A stretch of DNA of 61,877 nt, the filler included. It is 5 parts of 5 records of this genome, joined end to end, with 100 filler letters (N's around TTAATTAATTAA, not from the genome) between each part and the next. Parts side by side here need not be neighbours in the genome. Positions count along the whole stretch, not along the records: positions 7,748 to 25,066 come from SRR20825019_2479; positions 25,167 to 36,168 come from SRR20825019_2482; 3 more parts are not named here. One strand, given 5' to 3'. The position numbers were made by a program, and so were the translations under genes. Positions within the stretch are counted from its first letter, which is position 1. Each line of letters begins with the position of its first letter. Under the pieces are notes generated by a model. That model worked only from the letters and a program-made list of their open reading frames with translations. It had not been told where the DNA came from and ran no database searches. Positions 21,927-32,041 of the stretch are shown piece after piece.

Positions 21927-24707
21927 ATGAATTTGGGTCGGGCAATGACATCCGAGGCGATCAGCGCGTCGCGCAACAGCCTGTCACTGGATGGCGTCTG
22001 GCAGTTCCGGCATGAGGATGGGCCCTGGCGCCATGCGCATGTTCCCCAGCCCTGGCAGGCCGAGTTTTCTGACCTCGTCGATACCTTCGGCCACGCTACC
22101 TACAAGCGCAGCTTCACCCTGCCGGCCGGCTGGGAAGATCGGGATCTGGCGCTGCACTTCTGCGCCGTCAGCTATGCCTGCGAGGTCTTCCTCAATGGCG
22201 AGAAGCTGGGCAGCCACGAAGGCGCCTTCCTGCCCTTCGAATTTGCCGTCGAAAACGCAAAGCTGCGGCCAACCAATGAAGTCGAGGTGCGGGTCACCAT
22301 GCCTTCGGCCGATCAGTCGGCCTTTCCGGAATTTCCCTTTGCGGAAATCCCGCATGGCAAGATCTCCTGGTATGGCCGCATTGGCGGGCTCTGGCAGTCG
22401 GTCTCGCTGCTCGCCCGCGACGCCCGCCGCCTAGACCATGTGGTCATCGAGGCCGGCATGGATGGTGTGCTCAGGGCCGATCTCGCCTTCACCGCCGCGG
22501 CCAAAGGCCTGCCGGCCCAATTGGAGGTCCGCGACAGCGAAGGTGTCGTTGTTGCCTCCACCGATCTGTCGGCGGCCGACGCCGTTGACGTGACGCTCGA
22601 AGTGCCGGGCGTCAGGCTCTGGGATGTCGGCCAGCCCAATCTCTATACCCTGACGGTGACGCTCGATGGCGGCGTCGATGTGGTTGAGCAAACCTTTGGC
22701 TTCCGCACTGTCACCACGGCCAATGGGCAGATCCTGCTCAACGGCAAGCCCGTCTATATGCGCGGCGCGCTGGACCAGGATTATTATCCCGACGGTATCT
22801 ACACGCCGCCTTCGCTGGATTTCCTCGAAGACCAGGCCAAAAAGGCCATCGAGCTGGGCCTGAACACGCTGCGTTGCCACATCAAGGTGCCGGATCCGCG
22901 CTATTACGATGTCGCCGACCGCTTTGGCCTGCTGGTCTGGACCGAAGTCCCCAATGTCCAGAGCTTCACGTCGGACTCGGCGCGGCGGATGCGCGAGACC
23001 ATGGTGGGCATCCTCAAGCGCGACCGCAACCATCCCTCGATCATCGCCTGGACGCTGATCAACGAGGATTGGGGCACCCGTCTGATGGAAAATGCCGAAC
23101 ACCGCCAATGGCTCAAGGACAGCTATGACTGGCTCAAGGCGGAAGACACCACGCGCCTCGTGGTCGACAATTCGGCCTGTTTCCCGAACTTCCACATGAA
23201 AACCGACCTCAACGACTACCACTATTACCGCTCGGTGCCCGAGCGCCGGCAGGAATGGGATGACATTACCGCCCAGTTTGCGGCGGGGGCCGACTGGACC
23301 TTCTCACCTTTGGGCGATGCCGAGCGCAAGGGCGACGAGCCGCTGATCGTTTCCGAATTCGGCGTCTGGGGCCTGCCCGATCCGAAAAAGCTGCGCAACG
23401 AGGACGGCTCGGAGCCGGACTGGTTCGAGACCGGCGCGCTCTGGGGCGACGGCGTAGCGCTGCCGCACGGCATCGAGCAGCGTTTCGGCGCGCTCGATAT
23501 GGCCCGCACCTTCGGCAGCTTCGATGGCTTCATCGAACAGGTGCAGTGGTACCAGTTCATGAACCTGCGCTACCAGATCGAGGAAATGCGCCGCTATCCC
23601 TCGATCATGGGCTACGTCATCACCGAGCTGACGGACGTTCATTGGGAAGCCAACGGCCTTCTCGATATCGAACGCAATCCGCGCGTCTTCCACGATGTGT
23701 TTGCCACCATCAACGCCGATATCGTCATCGTGCCGCGCCCGGCGCGCTATTCGGCCTGGGCGGGCGAGGCGCTGCCGGTCGAACTCAGGATCGCCACCGG
23801 CGGCGGGTCGATCCCGGCCGGGGCCAAGTTGAGCTGGACCGGCGGTATCAGCGGATCACTCGACGTGCCCGCGACCGGCCCGGTTTCGGTTGCAGATCTG
23901 GGAACCACCAACCTCTCAATGCCGGCGGTTTCCGACAATACCACGCTGCGCCTTGACTTCGTTCTCGAAGCCAACGGTGTGGTACTGGCGCGCAATAGCT
24001 GCGAAATCGCGCTTTACTCCCGGCGCAAGACGGCAGGGCTTTCCTCCATTGCAACTGCCGATCCCGATCTCGCCGCTTACGCCAGCGGCCTTGGTTATCC
24101 GGTCGTTCCGGCAGCCGAGGCCGACATTATCCTCTGCCATGCGGTCAATGGCGCCGATGTCGAGGCCATCAAGGCCGGCGCGCGCTATGTGATCCTGGCT
24201 GACGGCACGGTCGAGACCAACAAGAACCTGCGCACCGACATGCCCGATGGGGAATTGCCGCATCGCTCCATCGTGGCCGATGGCAAGCAGTTCCGCCCGA
24301 GCCTGGATCAGCATCTGCCCGGCATCAGCCTGGTCGAACGCGATGGCACCATCTGGCGCGGCGACTGGATCGCCGGTTTCTCCTGGGTGCGCCGCGAAGG
24401 CCATTTCGCTGCCATTCCGGGCGGTCCCCTCTTCGATCTCAGCTTTTCCGATGTGGTGCCGCACCACCTGCTCACCGGCTTCCGGCCCTGGGAATTCGGC
24501 AGCAACGTGATCGCCGGCATGGTTTGCGGCTGGGTGCACAAACCGGCGGCGATCATCGGTCAGAAGCGCGTCGGGCGCGGCGGCGTGGTCGCCACAACCT
24601 TCCGGCTCACCCGCGAGGCGCCAGGCGCCGATCCGGTCGCCGCGGCCCTGTTCGACGCCCTGGTGGCAACGGCAGCCGATCTGCCGGTGGACGAGGGGAA
24701 GATCTAG
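21927..24707 (+). CDS. Glycoside hydrolase family 2 (beta-galactosidase/glucuronidase/mannosidase-like)
   Basis: SLDGVWQF, HEGAFLPFEF, LWDVGQPNLY, FGFRTV, NHPSIIAWTLINE (acid/base), SEFG (nucleophile); GGAG RBS before ATG 21927. Confidence 0.88.
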   Translation: MNLGRAMTSEAISASRNSLSLDGVWQFRHEDGPWRHAHVPQPWQAEFSDLVDTFGHATYKRSFTLPAGWEDRDLALHFCAVSYACEVFLNGEKLGSHEGAFLPFEFAVENAKLRPTNEVEVRVTMPSADQSAFPEFPFAEIPHGKISWYGRIGGLWQSVSLLARDARRLDHVVIEAGMDGVLRADLAFTAAAKGLPAQLEVRDSEGVVVASTDLSAADAVDVTLEVPGVRLWDVGQPNLYTLTVTLDGGVDVVEQTFGFRTVTTANGQILLNGKPVYMRGALDQDYYPDGIYTPPSLDFLEDQAKKAIELGLNTLRCHIKVPDPRYYDVADRFGLLVWTEVPNVQSFTSDSARRMRETMVGILKRDRNHPSIIAWTLINEDWGTRLMENAEHRQWLKDSYDWLKAEDTTRLVVDNSACFPNFHMKTDLNDYHYYRSVPERRQEWDDITAQFAAGADWTFSPLGDAERKGDEPLIVSEFGVWGLPDPKKLRNEDGSEPDWFETGALWGDGVALPHGIEQRFGALDMARTFGSFDGFIEQVQWYQFMNLRYQIEEMRRYPSIMGYVITELTDVHWEANGLLDIERNPRVFHDVFATINADIVIVPRPARYSAWAGEALPVELRIATGGGSIPAGAKLSWTGGISGSLDVPATGPVSVADLGTTNLSMPAVSDNTTLRLDFVLEANGVVLARNSCEIALYSRRKTAGLSSIATADPDLAAYASGLGYPVVPAAEADIILCHAVNGADVEAIKAGARYVILADGTVETNKNLRTDMPDGELPHRSIVADGKQFRPSLDQHLPGISLVERDGTIWRGDWIAGFSWVRREGHFAAIPGGPLFDLSFSDVVPHHLLTGFRPWEFGSNVIAGMVCGWVHKPAAIIGQKRVGRGGVVATTFRLTREAPGADPVAAALFDALVATAADLPVDEGKI

Positions 24708-24715
24708 CCGAAGCG

Positions 24716-24743
24716 CCCACCTCTCTCACGAGGGAGAGGTGGG
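24716..24743. repeat. GC-rich stem-loop (REP-like or mRNA-stabilising) between GH2 and the ABC ATPase
   Basis: CCCACCTCTCTC-ACGA-GGGAGAGGTGGG. Confidence 0.6.
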
Positions 24744-24805
24744 GAAGCTGCCGATGATTTGGGTGAGACGCGAAAACGCGCCGCCCAACCAAGGAGGAGA
24801 ACAAC

Positions 24806-25066
24806 ATGGCCGATATCGTGCTCAAGGATGTGAGCAAATCCTACGGCGCCGTCGAGGTGCTCGAACGGGTGAACATGCATATCCGCTCGGGCGAGTTCAT
24901 CGTCTTCCTCGGTCCCTCGGGCTGCGGGAAGTCGACCCTGCTGCGGATGATTGCCGGGCTTGAGGCAGTCAACGCCGGCGAAATTCATATCGGCGAGCGC
25001 CGGGTGGACAATCTCCCGCCCAATCAGCGCGGCGTGGCCATGGTGTTCCAGAACTATGCGCTCTAT
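24806..25066 (+). CDS. Sugar ABC transporter ATP-binding protein (MalK/UgpC family), truncated
   Basis: [28 protein letters not shown]. Confidence 0.92.
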
Positions 25067-25166
25067 NNNNNNNNNNNNNNNNNNNNNNNNNNNNNNNNNN
25101 NNNNNNNNNNTTAATTAATTAANNNNNNNNNNNNNNNNNNNNNNNNNNNNNNNNNNNNNNNNNNNN
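25067..25166. other. Artificial contig spacer
   Basis: N-run + TTAATTAATTAA + N-run. Confidence 0.98.
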
Positions 25167-27467
25167 TTGGGCCGGGCGGAACGGCTTTTTGACAAAGATA
25201 TAGTCGCCCAGCATCTTTTCCATTTCCTTGCGTGTGCGTGCCGGATAGCCCGACATGAAGACGACGGCCAGATCGGGATATTGACGTTGTGCCTCGATCG
25301 CAAGTTGCGGTCCGCTCAGTCCCGACATCACAACGTCGGTCAGAATGACATCAATGCGATCTGTTTTATGGGATTCGGTAATGATTTGCAGGGCTTCTTC
25401 GGCACTGCGGGCCACAAGGGCATCAAAGCCGGCATCTTCAAGGATGATCTTGGCGGTCGTGCGCAGGGATTGCTCATCATCAACAATCAGAACCCGTTCG
25501 CCATTGCCGGGAAAATAGTCGATTTCCTGCAAGGCGGATGCCTTGACCTTTCCGGCTTCGGAGCGCGGCAGATAGATCGAGAAGGTCGTGCCTTCGCCCT
25601 CGACGCTTTCGACATCGATAAAGCCGTTCGATTCTTCGACCCAGCTATGAACAATCGACAGTCCTAGCCCGGTGCCCTTGCCGGGTTCCTTGGTCGAGAA
25701 GAAGGGTTCGAAGATGTTGCCAAGAATGTCGGCAGGAATGCCCGTGCCGGTATCCTGAACTGTTACCACGACATAGTCGCCTGCGGCGGCCTTCGGGAAG
25801 ATGTCATCTTCGTCATCGGGGGAGCGTTCATCCGCAGGCGGGACTGTCGCGCCATAGCAGGAAATCTGCAATGTGCCGCCATCGGGCATCGCATCACGGG
25901 CATTGATCGCAAGGTTCAGGATGCAGGCCGAAAGCTGTGTCGGATCAACCCGCGTATATAGCGGGGCATCATTGGCCCAGATTTGCAATTCAATACGGTG
26001 TTCCAGCAGCGTGATCAGCAGCTTTTCCATTTCGGTAATGGCTGTATCGACCTGAACGACGGTCGGCTGATCAATCCGGCGGCGCGAGAACATCAGAAGC
26101 TGATCGGCGACACTGGTGGCGCGTTCGCCAAGGGAAATCACATGGTCCAGATATTCCTTGACCCGTTCGGGATCATCAATTTTCGCGCGAGCTACTTCGG
26201 CAAAGCTTAGAATACCTGCAAGGCAATTGTTGAATTCATGCGCCACGCCGCCTGCCATCTGACCGACGGCTTCGAGTTTTTGTGACGTGGCAAGCTGACG
26301 TTGCAGGGCATGCTGTTCTTCGGTCGCGCGGTGCTGTGATGTGACGTCACTACCGGTGCCACGATACCCCTTGAACGAGCCATCAAGATCAAAAACCGGG
26401 ACGCCATTGATGCGCCCGAAATGTTTTTGTCCGTCCCGCGACATCCAGGAAAATTCGAAATTCTGGAATGCAAGATGACTTTCGAGCCGTTTGACCAGAC
26501 TGTTCCAGCTATGATCTGTTTCGGCTTTGAGGCCCAGTTTATCAAATGATTGACCCTGCGGGGAGCCGTTCAGTTCTTCGATCAGCTGATAGAATTTGTA
26601 GGATGCAAACGCGATTTTAAGGTCCGGCCCCATTTCCCAGTACCAGTCGGCGGACGACAGGGTAAAGTCGCGGAAACGTTCCTCGCTATCGCGAAGGGCC
26701 TCTTGGGCGATCTGGTGCTGGTTGGTGCGCCGCTCCAGGCTTTCGGCCATGGTGTTCAGGCCACGTTCAAGCGCGCCGATTTCGTCGCGACCAGCCGGTT
26801 TCAGTCGGGCGCTAAGCTTTCCAAACTGGATTTCAGAAACAAATTGCGCGGCCGTGATAAGGCGACGCAGAACGGTTTGCTGCATGAAAAGGAAAATCAG
26901 TCCCGACGTCATCAGAATGCACAGAACCGAGCCGATCAGCAGAACCGACTGCATCTGTCGCTGGCTTTGTTCCAGACCGAGGGTCGAGACCTTGAAATAA
27001 GCAAACATGAAGGGCTGGTTGGCATTCAGGCTGAACAGGGGTGTGATGCTGACCATGTTGCGGCCATCCGGGCCATCGGTGGTAAACAGCACCTGACTGC
27101 GCAAATCAGCAGAAAGCCGGTCTTTGGGGAAATCCGGTACAGAGGCAATATCGGATCCGATCAGCATCGGGTCCATAGCGTGATAGATCGTACCATCAAA
27201 GCCTATGGCCATGGCTTCGCGAAGATGCGGTCCCAACAGCAGTTCAAGTTGCTTTGGATCGCTAATGACGGAAATCTTGAGCTGTTCATCCTGAATCAGG
27301 CGACCGGGCGCACTGATCTGTTCGGCGATCCGCCGATCAATTTCTGCACCGAAATATTGAACATAGTAACCACCGAATAGGCCAAGCAGGATGGTTTCGA
27401 CAATGACAATTGCGATCCCGATCTTGAAAACCAGACTGCCAAACAGGCGGTCAAAAAGCTTCTTCAC
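25167..27467 (-). CDS. Hybrid sensor histidine kinase (TM-HAMP-PAS-HisKA-HATPase-REC), 3' end clipped
   Basis: [14 protein letters not shown] (HAMP), DWYWEMG (PAS), [34 protein letters not shown] and TDVVM receiver. Confidence 0.92.
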
Positions 27468-27512
27468 GCCAACCTCTAAACCCTGGCCCAGCCTGATTGC
27501 CGGTGAATTCTG

Positions 27513-29429
27513 TTATTGGCTCTCAAGATAATACTGGGATGGATTGGTTGGTGCCGGTGTGGCATAGCTCCAAGCCGCCGGGATGACCTTGGGAACATTC
27601 TTGAAGTTCTTTGCCACCAGCCCTTTGCGATTGGGCGGCAAGGCAATTCCCATAACGTAAAACTGATTTGCGCTGATGTCGAGAATATCGCGCATAAGTT
27701 TATTCTGTTTTTCTGCATCTGCGGTGGCTTTCAACTGGTTATAGAGTTCCAGTTGACGGATAACCTCGGCCGGGGGCTCAACCGCGTCGGGATTTTTCGG
27801 GTCGGAATACCATTGTGCCCAACCGGTGGCGTACCAGGATGATTCACTGGATACCGGCAGGTAGTTGATCGGCAGAACCATGGCATCAAGCCCGCCATCA
27901 CCGCCCCATGCGCTGGCATGGTGATTGTTTTTTTCACGCATATCGACAAATACATCACGCGATAAGTCGCGGGCGGTCACATCAAGTCCGACATCACGCC
28001 AGTAATCGATAACGGCAGAGAGCATTTCGAAGCGGGATGCGCCTTCGGTATCGATGGTAAAGGACAGCCTTTTGCCATCGGGACGCAGAAGGAAACCTTC
28101 GTCGTCTTTGCGTGTCAAACCGGCATTCGCCAGATGGCTTGCGGCAAGTACTGGATCATAGGTAATGAACTGGCGTGCGAGAACCGTGTGGTAAAGCGGG
28201 CTTTCGGGACGTGGTGCTGCCTGATGGGGCAGGGCACCGGGAACGAACCGGCCAATGATGCTGTCGCGGTCGATGGCATGCGACAGGGCCACGCGGAATT
28301 CCTTGTTCTGGAATATGTCGCGAAGCACCGGGTCCCTGTCGTTCAGATTAAGCGACAGGGTCAGGATATTCATGTCGCTTTCAATCAGCGTGAAGGATTG
28401 CAGATTGCTATTGGCCGCAAGAATTTCGTCCACGCGGCGGCCAATATGGCGTTCCTGCATATTGACCCTGCCTGTGATGGCGGTGTCACCGGCTTCATCT
28501 TTGCTGCCAACCAGATCAAAGGAAACCCGATCAATATAGGGTAACTGACGTCCGCCGGGATCGATTTTCCAATAAAACGGATTGCGAACCGCAACCAGCG
28601 GATCGTCTTTGCCATATGTCCCGGTCAGACTCCAGCCGTTCAGGGTCGGAACTTGCGGGTTCATCCAGCGGCTGGGATCGTCTATGGTGCCCGGCGTTCC
28701 GAACACCGAAAGGAAGCGATCTTTCCAATCCTTGAAGCCAAGCTTTTGCGCATCGGCATCTGCGTGCCTGTTATATTTCGGAAGCAGGGGTCTCAGGAAA
28801 TGGGCGGGATAGCTTACCGGTTCGACACCTTCGGGCCGGGCAAGAAAGGTCGGAAACAGCCCATAGGGCGTGTCGAAGCGGAACGCGACCGTGGTTTCGT
28901 CGATTTTTTCAACATGCACCGGATTTCCGCCTGCGGTCAGCCATTCAGGCGTCGCATTGCCAAAAGCCGGATTGCGTAAAATGTCGTCGTACCAGAAGGA
29001 TATATCCTCGGCGGTAAAAGGCGCACCATCCGACCAGCGCATGCCCGGACGCAACCGGAAGACAAATTCCGTGGCGTCACTGTTGGCCTGCATCGAAAGA
29101 GCAACGTTGGGAACCGTGTCTGTCCATTGCGGGGTCCAGCGCAGAAGCGGTTCATAGCCGATCGTCCTGATCAGAAGGGCGTGATCGCGTTCCGAATTTT
29201 GCGCCATCATCCAGGTGCCGCCATACTGGCCAAGCTTGTCAGTCGGGGTAACAATCATAGGAGTCTTGGGCAGGCGTTCTGCGGCCGGGGGCAATTTGCC
29301 GTTCGCCACCATCTCGGCAAGCATCGGCGCTTCGCCGAATTCGGCTGCATATGCATTATTCCGGGGCGCGGTCAAAACCACGGCCAGCAATAATACCAGC
29401 GATATAAAGCAACCCACTACCCTGTACAC
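27513..29429 (-). CDS. ABC-type family 5 solute-binding protein
   Basis: Signal peptide, EAPMLAEMV..GKLPP..ERLP, GMRWSDGAPFTAEDI, RNPFYWKID..GRQLPYID, FRVALSHAIDR. Confidence 0.9.
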   Translation of the reverse strand: MYRVVGCFISLVLLLAVVLTAPRNNAYAAEFGEAPMLAEMVANGKLPPAAERLPKTPMIVTPTDKLGQYGGTWMMAQNSERDHALLIRTIGYEPLLRWTPQWTDTVPNVALSMQANSDATEFVFRLRPGMRWSDGAPFTAEDISFWYDDILRNPAFGNATPEWLTAGGNPVHVEKIDETTVAFRFDTPYGLFPTFLARPEGVEPVSYPAHFLRPLLPKYNRHADADAQKLGFKDWKDRFLSVFGTPGTIDDPSRWMNPQVPTLNGWSLTGTYGKDDPLVAVRNPFYWKIDPGGRQLPYIDRVSFDLVGSKDEAGDTAITGRVNMQERHIGRRVDEILAANSNLQSFTLIESDMNILTLSLNLNDRDPVLRDIFQNKEFRVALSHAIDRDSIIGRFVPGALPHQAAPRPESPLYHTVLARQFITYDPVLAASHLANAGLTRKDDEGFLLRPDGKRLSFTIDTEGASRFEMLSAVIDYWRDVGLDVTARDLSRDVFVDMREKNNHHASAWGGDGGLDAMVLPINYLPVSSESSWYATGWAQWYSDPKNPDAVEPPAEVIRQLELYNQLKATADAEKQNKLMRDILDISANQFYVMGIALPPNRKGLVAKNFKNVPKVIPAAWSYATPAPTNPSQYYLESQ

Positions 29430-29940
29430 TTCGGGCTTCCCCTGAATTTCTTATGCTTATCGAAAGGTATCGATTATCCTACTCTTAGGTGGTGAATATC
29501 CTAAAGCCATTTCCGGGTAAAGTTCTGAAAGCGGATTTTCCCCTGATCTTTTAAAGATGCGCGAGCTGTTCGTTTTTACAACGCAAAGGCGGATAATTTT
29601 CCTATTTGCACCTTTTGGGATCGATAAACAACATATCGGTCCGCCGTGTTTTCGCTTGAACCACGTGAAATGAAGCGATTGAAGGGCCCCGGTTACGCCA
29701 AGGTCAAGAGTTTTGACCTTGATCTGTGCCGGTTTCCCGACCATTTGGACAGGAATGATCTTTTGCCCCGATCAACGACGAATTCGACTAAAGTTTAACA
29801 TAACCTAATATGGGTACTGCCATCATATAAGTTTTCGGTGATCAATTTCGTTCTGGGCCGTTTCGTGGGGCATTTGACGTCAAAGACACCAATTGTGATT
29901 CTTCTTGCCAGAACGAGCGGATCGGAGAGACAATTTCTGA

Positions 29941-30219
29941 ATGGCAAAAAAATCTGCATCATCCGGGCAGGCTTCTTCTGATCCGGGGTATCTGCCTGGG
30001 CCAAAGCCGTCGGCACCGATCCCGCGTTATCAGCCGGGATCATCGCCGGGCCGTCATCGCCCGAACGATGAGGGAGATGACATTGATGCTTACAGTTTTT
30101 CTGTGGCCGGTATCGACGGGAAAATTGATCGTCGCAAGGCCAATATTGCAAACCGGATTGTCGATACCGATCCTGGACAGGCATTGCGTGTGATCAGAAA
30201 TTGGTTGGCCCAGAACTGA
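29941..30219 (+). CDS. Small protein whose C-terminus resembles the FliF C-terminal tail
   Basis: GGAGAG upstream; disordered Pro/Ser N-half; C-half VAGIDGKI...RIVDTDPGQALRVIRNWLAQN. Confidence 0.6.
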   Translation: MAKKSASSGQASSDPGYLPGPKPSAPIPRYQPGSSPGRHRPNDEGDDIDAYSFSVAGIDGKIDRRKANIANRIVDTDPGQALRVIRNWLAQN

Positions 30220-30310
30220 TGGTCGTTTCTGATCTTTGTTTCTGTTTCACTTTGCATTTCGGGCGGCACCTGTTTTAAGTCGTCGAACACACCGATGACA
30301 GGGGGCCAGC

Positions 30311-31525
30311 GTGACAGATTTCAATTCCTTGATAGAGCAGCAGTTCAGTGCTTTTGATCCGGACTATTCCGATAGAAAAGGTGCCTATGCCGACAAGCTT
30401 GCCCCGCTGGAAGAAAAACTGATTGCGGCCCAGCAGACCGGCAATAGCATGGCCGCGTCCGATCAGTATATGATCGAGTGCAAGTGGTTGCTGCTTTATA
30501 CCGCTGACTGGGATGGGCTGGAAAAGAAGATAGCCCAGTTTGAAAAATCGCTGAAAAACAAGGATCAGGACTGGGCCGAGGAACAGGTGGCAAGCGATGG
30601 TTCGTGGGGACCATGCTATGACCAGTGGTTCCTGAAGGTGGATGCGATGATCGATGCGATCAACGCGCTGGCAGACGAGGGGATTGCACCGGATTATCCG
30701 CTGACTTTTCTGTCGCCGATTGCCAAACCCGCCGATCTTGTTGCCTGGCTGGACAGTCAGAAAACATCACGGATTTTTGCCGATGGTCTGGATCGCCGCG
30801 ATGCATTGGGCGCGGTCAGTGCCGCCTTGTCGGAAATGTGCTTCAAAAGCGAAATCCGCGATTATTTCCGCCAGTATGTCAAAGGTTTCGATCTTAGCGA
30901 CGATTATATCGCAGCTTATAAAAGCTGGCTGGATGATTGGCAGGACGCGCAATCGGGATATTGGGGCGGCTGGTTTGAAACAGATACGGGCGATATTCTG
31001 AAAAGCCCGGACCTTAGTCTGACGTTCCACAATATTTCGTATCAGCATGGCAAGGTCGGGCTTTGGCCCGCTATTTTCAAAACGACACTGGCGATCCGTG
31101 ATGATGCCTATCCGTTTGGCTGGAAGCACAATGGTGACTTCAACAATCACAACAATTATGACGTTGCCAAAATCTTTGACCTTGGCTGGGCGGAAGTCGA
31201 CAGCGATAGCCAGAAATTGGCATCAGCCGATATTTCCACGATCCTGGACTGGTGTCTGACCAAATCCATGACGCCGGATGGCGGATTCATCGATGACCCG
31301 ACTTTTTATAATTCGGTCGGGGCGGCGTATTATTATGGTGTGTCGTTCCTTGATCAGATTGGATATTTCGGCACCGATATTCCGTTCTGGACAGACCATG
31401 CCTTTGCCGATGGTCCTGCACTGTGCTGCAAGATCCAGAAAAAGATGAAGGCCGAAAAACTCGATGATGACGAAGCGGAGGCGGCGATGGAGAAGCTGTT
31501 GGATGCCTGCGGAAACTGTGGCTAG
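30311..31525 (+). CDS. Uncharacterised acidic protein with QW-like repeats (possible alpha/alpha-toroid, prenyltransferase/terpene-cyclase-like fold)
   Basis: Long ORF with G-rich RBS; motifs Q..SDGSWG, WQDAQSGYWG, MTPDGGF. Confidence 0.7.
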   Translation: MTDFNSLIEQQFSAFDPDYSDRKGAYADKLAPLEEKLIAAQQTGNSMAASDQYMIECKWLLLYTADWDGLEKKIAQFEKSLKNKDQDWAEEQVASDGSWGPCYDQWFLKVDAMIDAINALADEGIAPDYPLTFLSPIAKPADLVAWLDSQKTSRIFADGLDRRDALGAVSAALSEMCFKSEIRDYFRQYVKGFDLSDDYIAAYKSWLDDWQDAQSGYWGGWFETDTGDILKSPDLSLTFHNISYQHGKVGLWPAIFKTTLAIRDDAYPFGWKHNGDFNNHNNYDVAKIFDLGWAEVDSDSQKLASADISTILDWCLTKSMTPDGGFIDDPTFYNSVGAAYYYGVSFLDQIGYFGTDIPFWTDHAFADGPALCCKIQKKMKAEKLDDDEAEAAMEKLLDACGNCG

Positions 31526-31635
31526 GCAAGGCTGAATGCCGGGGTGGAACAAATTCGTATCCGCCCTTGGCGAAATGCATCGGTTGCTACCCATATATAT
31601 GTTTTATGGCGGCAACAAATCGGTGAGGGACCAGA

Positions 31636-31995
31636 ATGTCTGAGCGTAGCGATATTGACATTGCATTCTTGCGTCAGCGACTTGAAGACCGGCGCGCGGA
31701 TATAAGTGCCCATTCAAATCATTCGGAAGATTATCGAAAGCCGGTCGAGCTTGATCAGCAGGCCGTCGGCCGCCTGTCACGGATGGATGCGCTTCAGGAT
31801 CAGCAAATGCATCTGGAACAGGAGCGCCGTCGTGCTGCCGAACTTGATCGCATCGAAAAGACGCTGGCCCGGATCGAGCATGCCGATTACGGCTTCTGCC
31901 ACAATTGTGGTGAAGAAATAGAGAAGAAGCGTCTGGAATTTGACCCGACCACACCGCTTTGCGTTGATTGCGCTGCCCATGTCAAACACAGTTAG
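31636..31995 (+). CDS. TraR/DksA-family C4 zinc-finger protein
   Basis: Coiled coil, YGFCHNCGEEI..KRL...P...LCVDCA. Confidence 0.88.
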   Translation: MSERSDIDIAFLRQRLEDRRADISAHSNHSEDYRKPVELDQQAVGRLSRMDALQDQQMHLEQERRRAAELDRIEKTLARIEHADYGFCHNCGEEIEKKRLEFDPTTPLCVDCAAHVKHS

Positions 31996-32041
31996 GGACG
32001 GATTGATCAAACCGGTAAGACCGAATTAACGTATCGATTAT

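Noticed and set aside
29795-29809. CtrA box upstream of the FliF-tail gene
   Set aside because: TTAA-N7-TAAT deviates from TTAA-N7-TTAA at two positions
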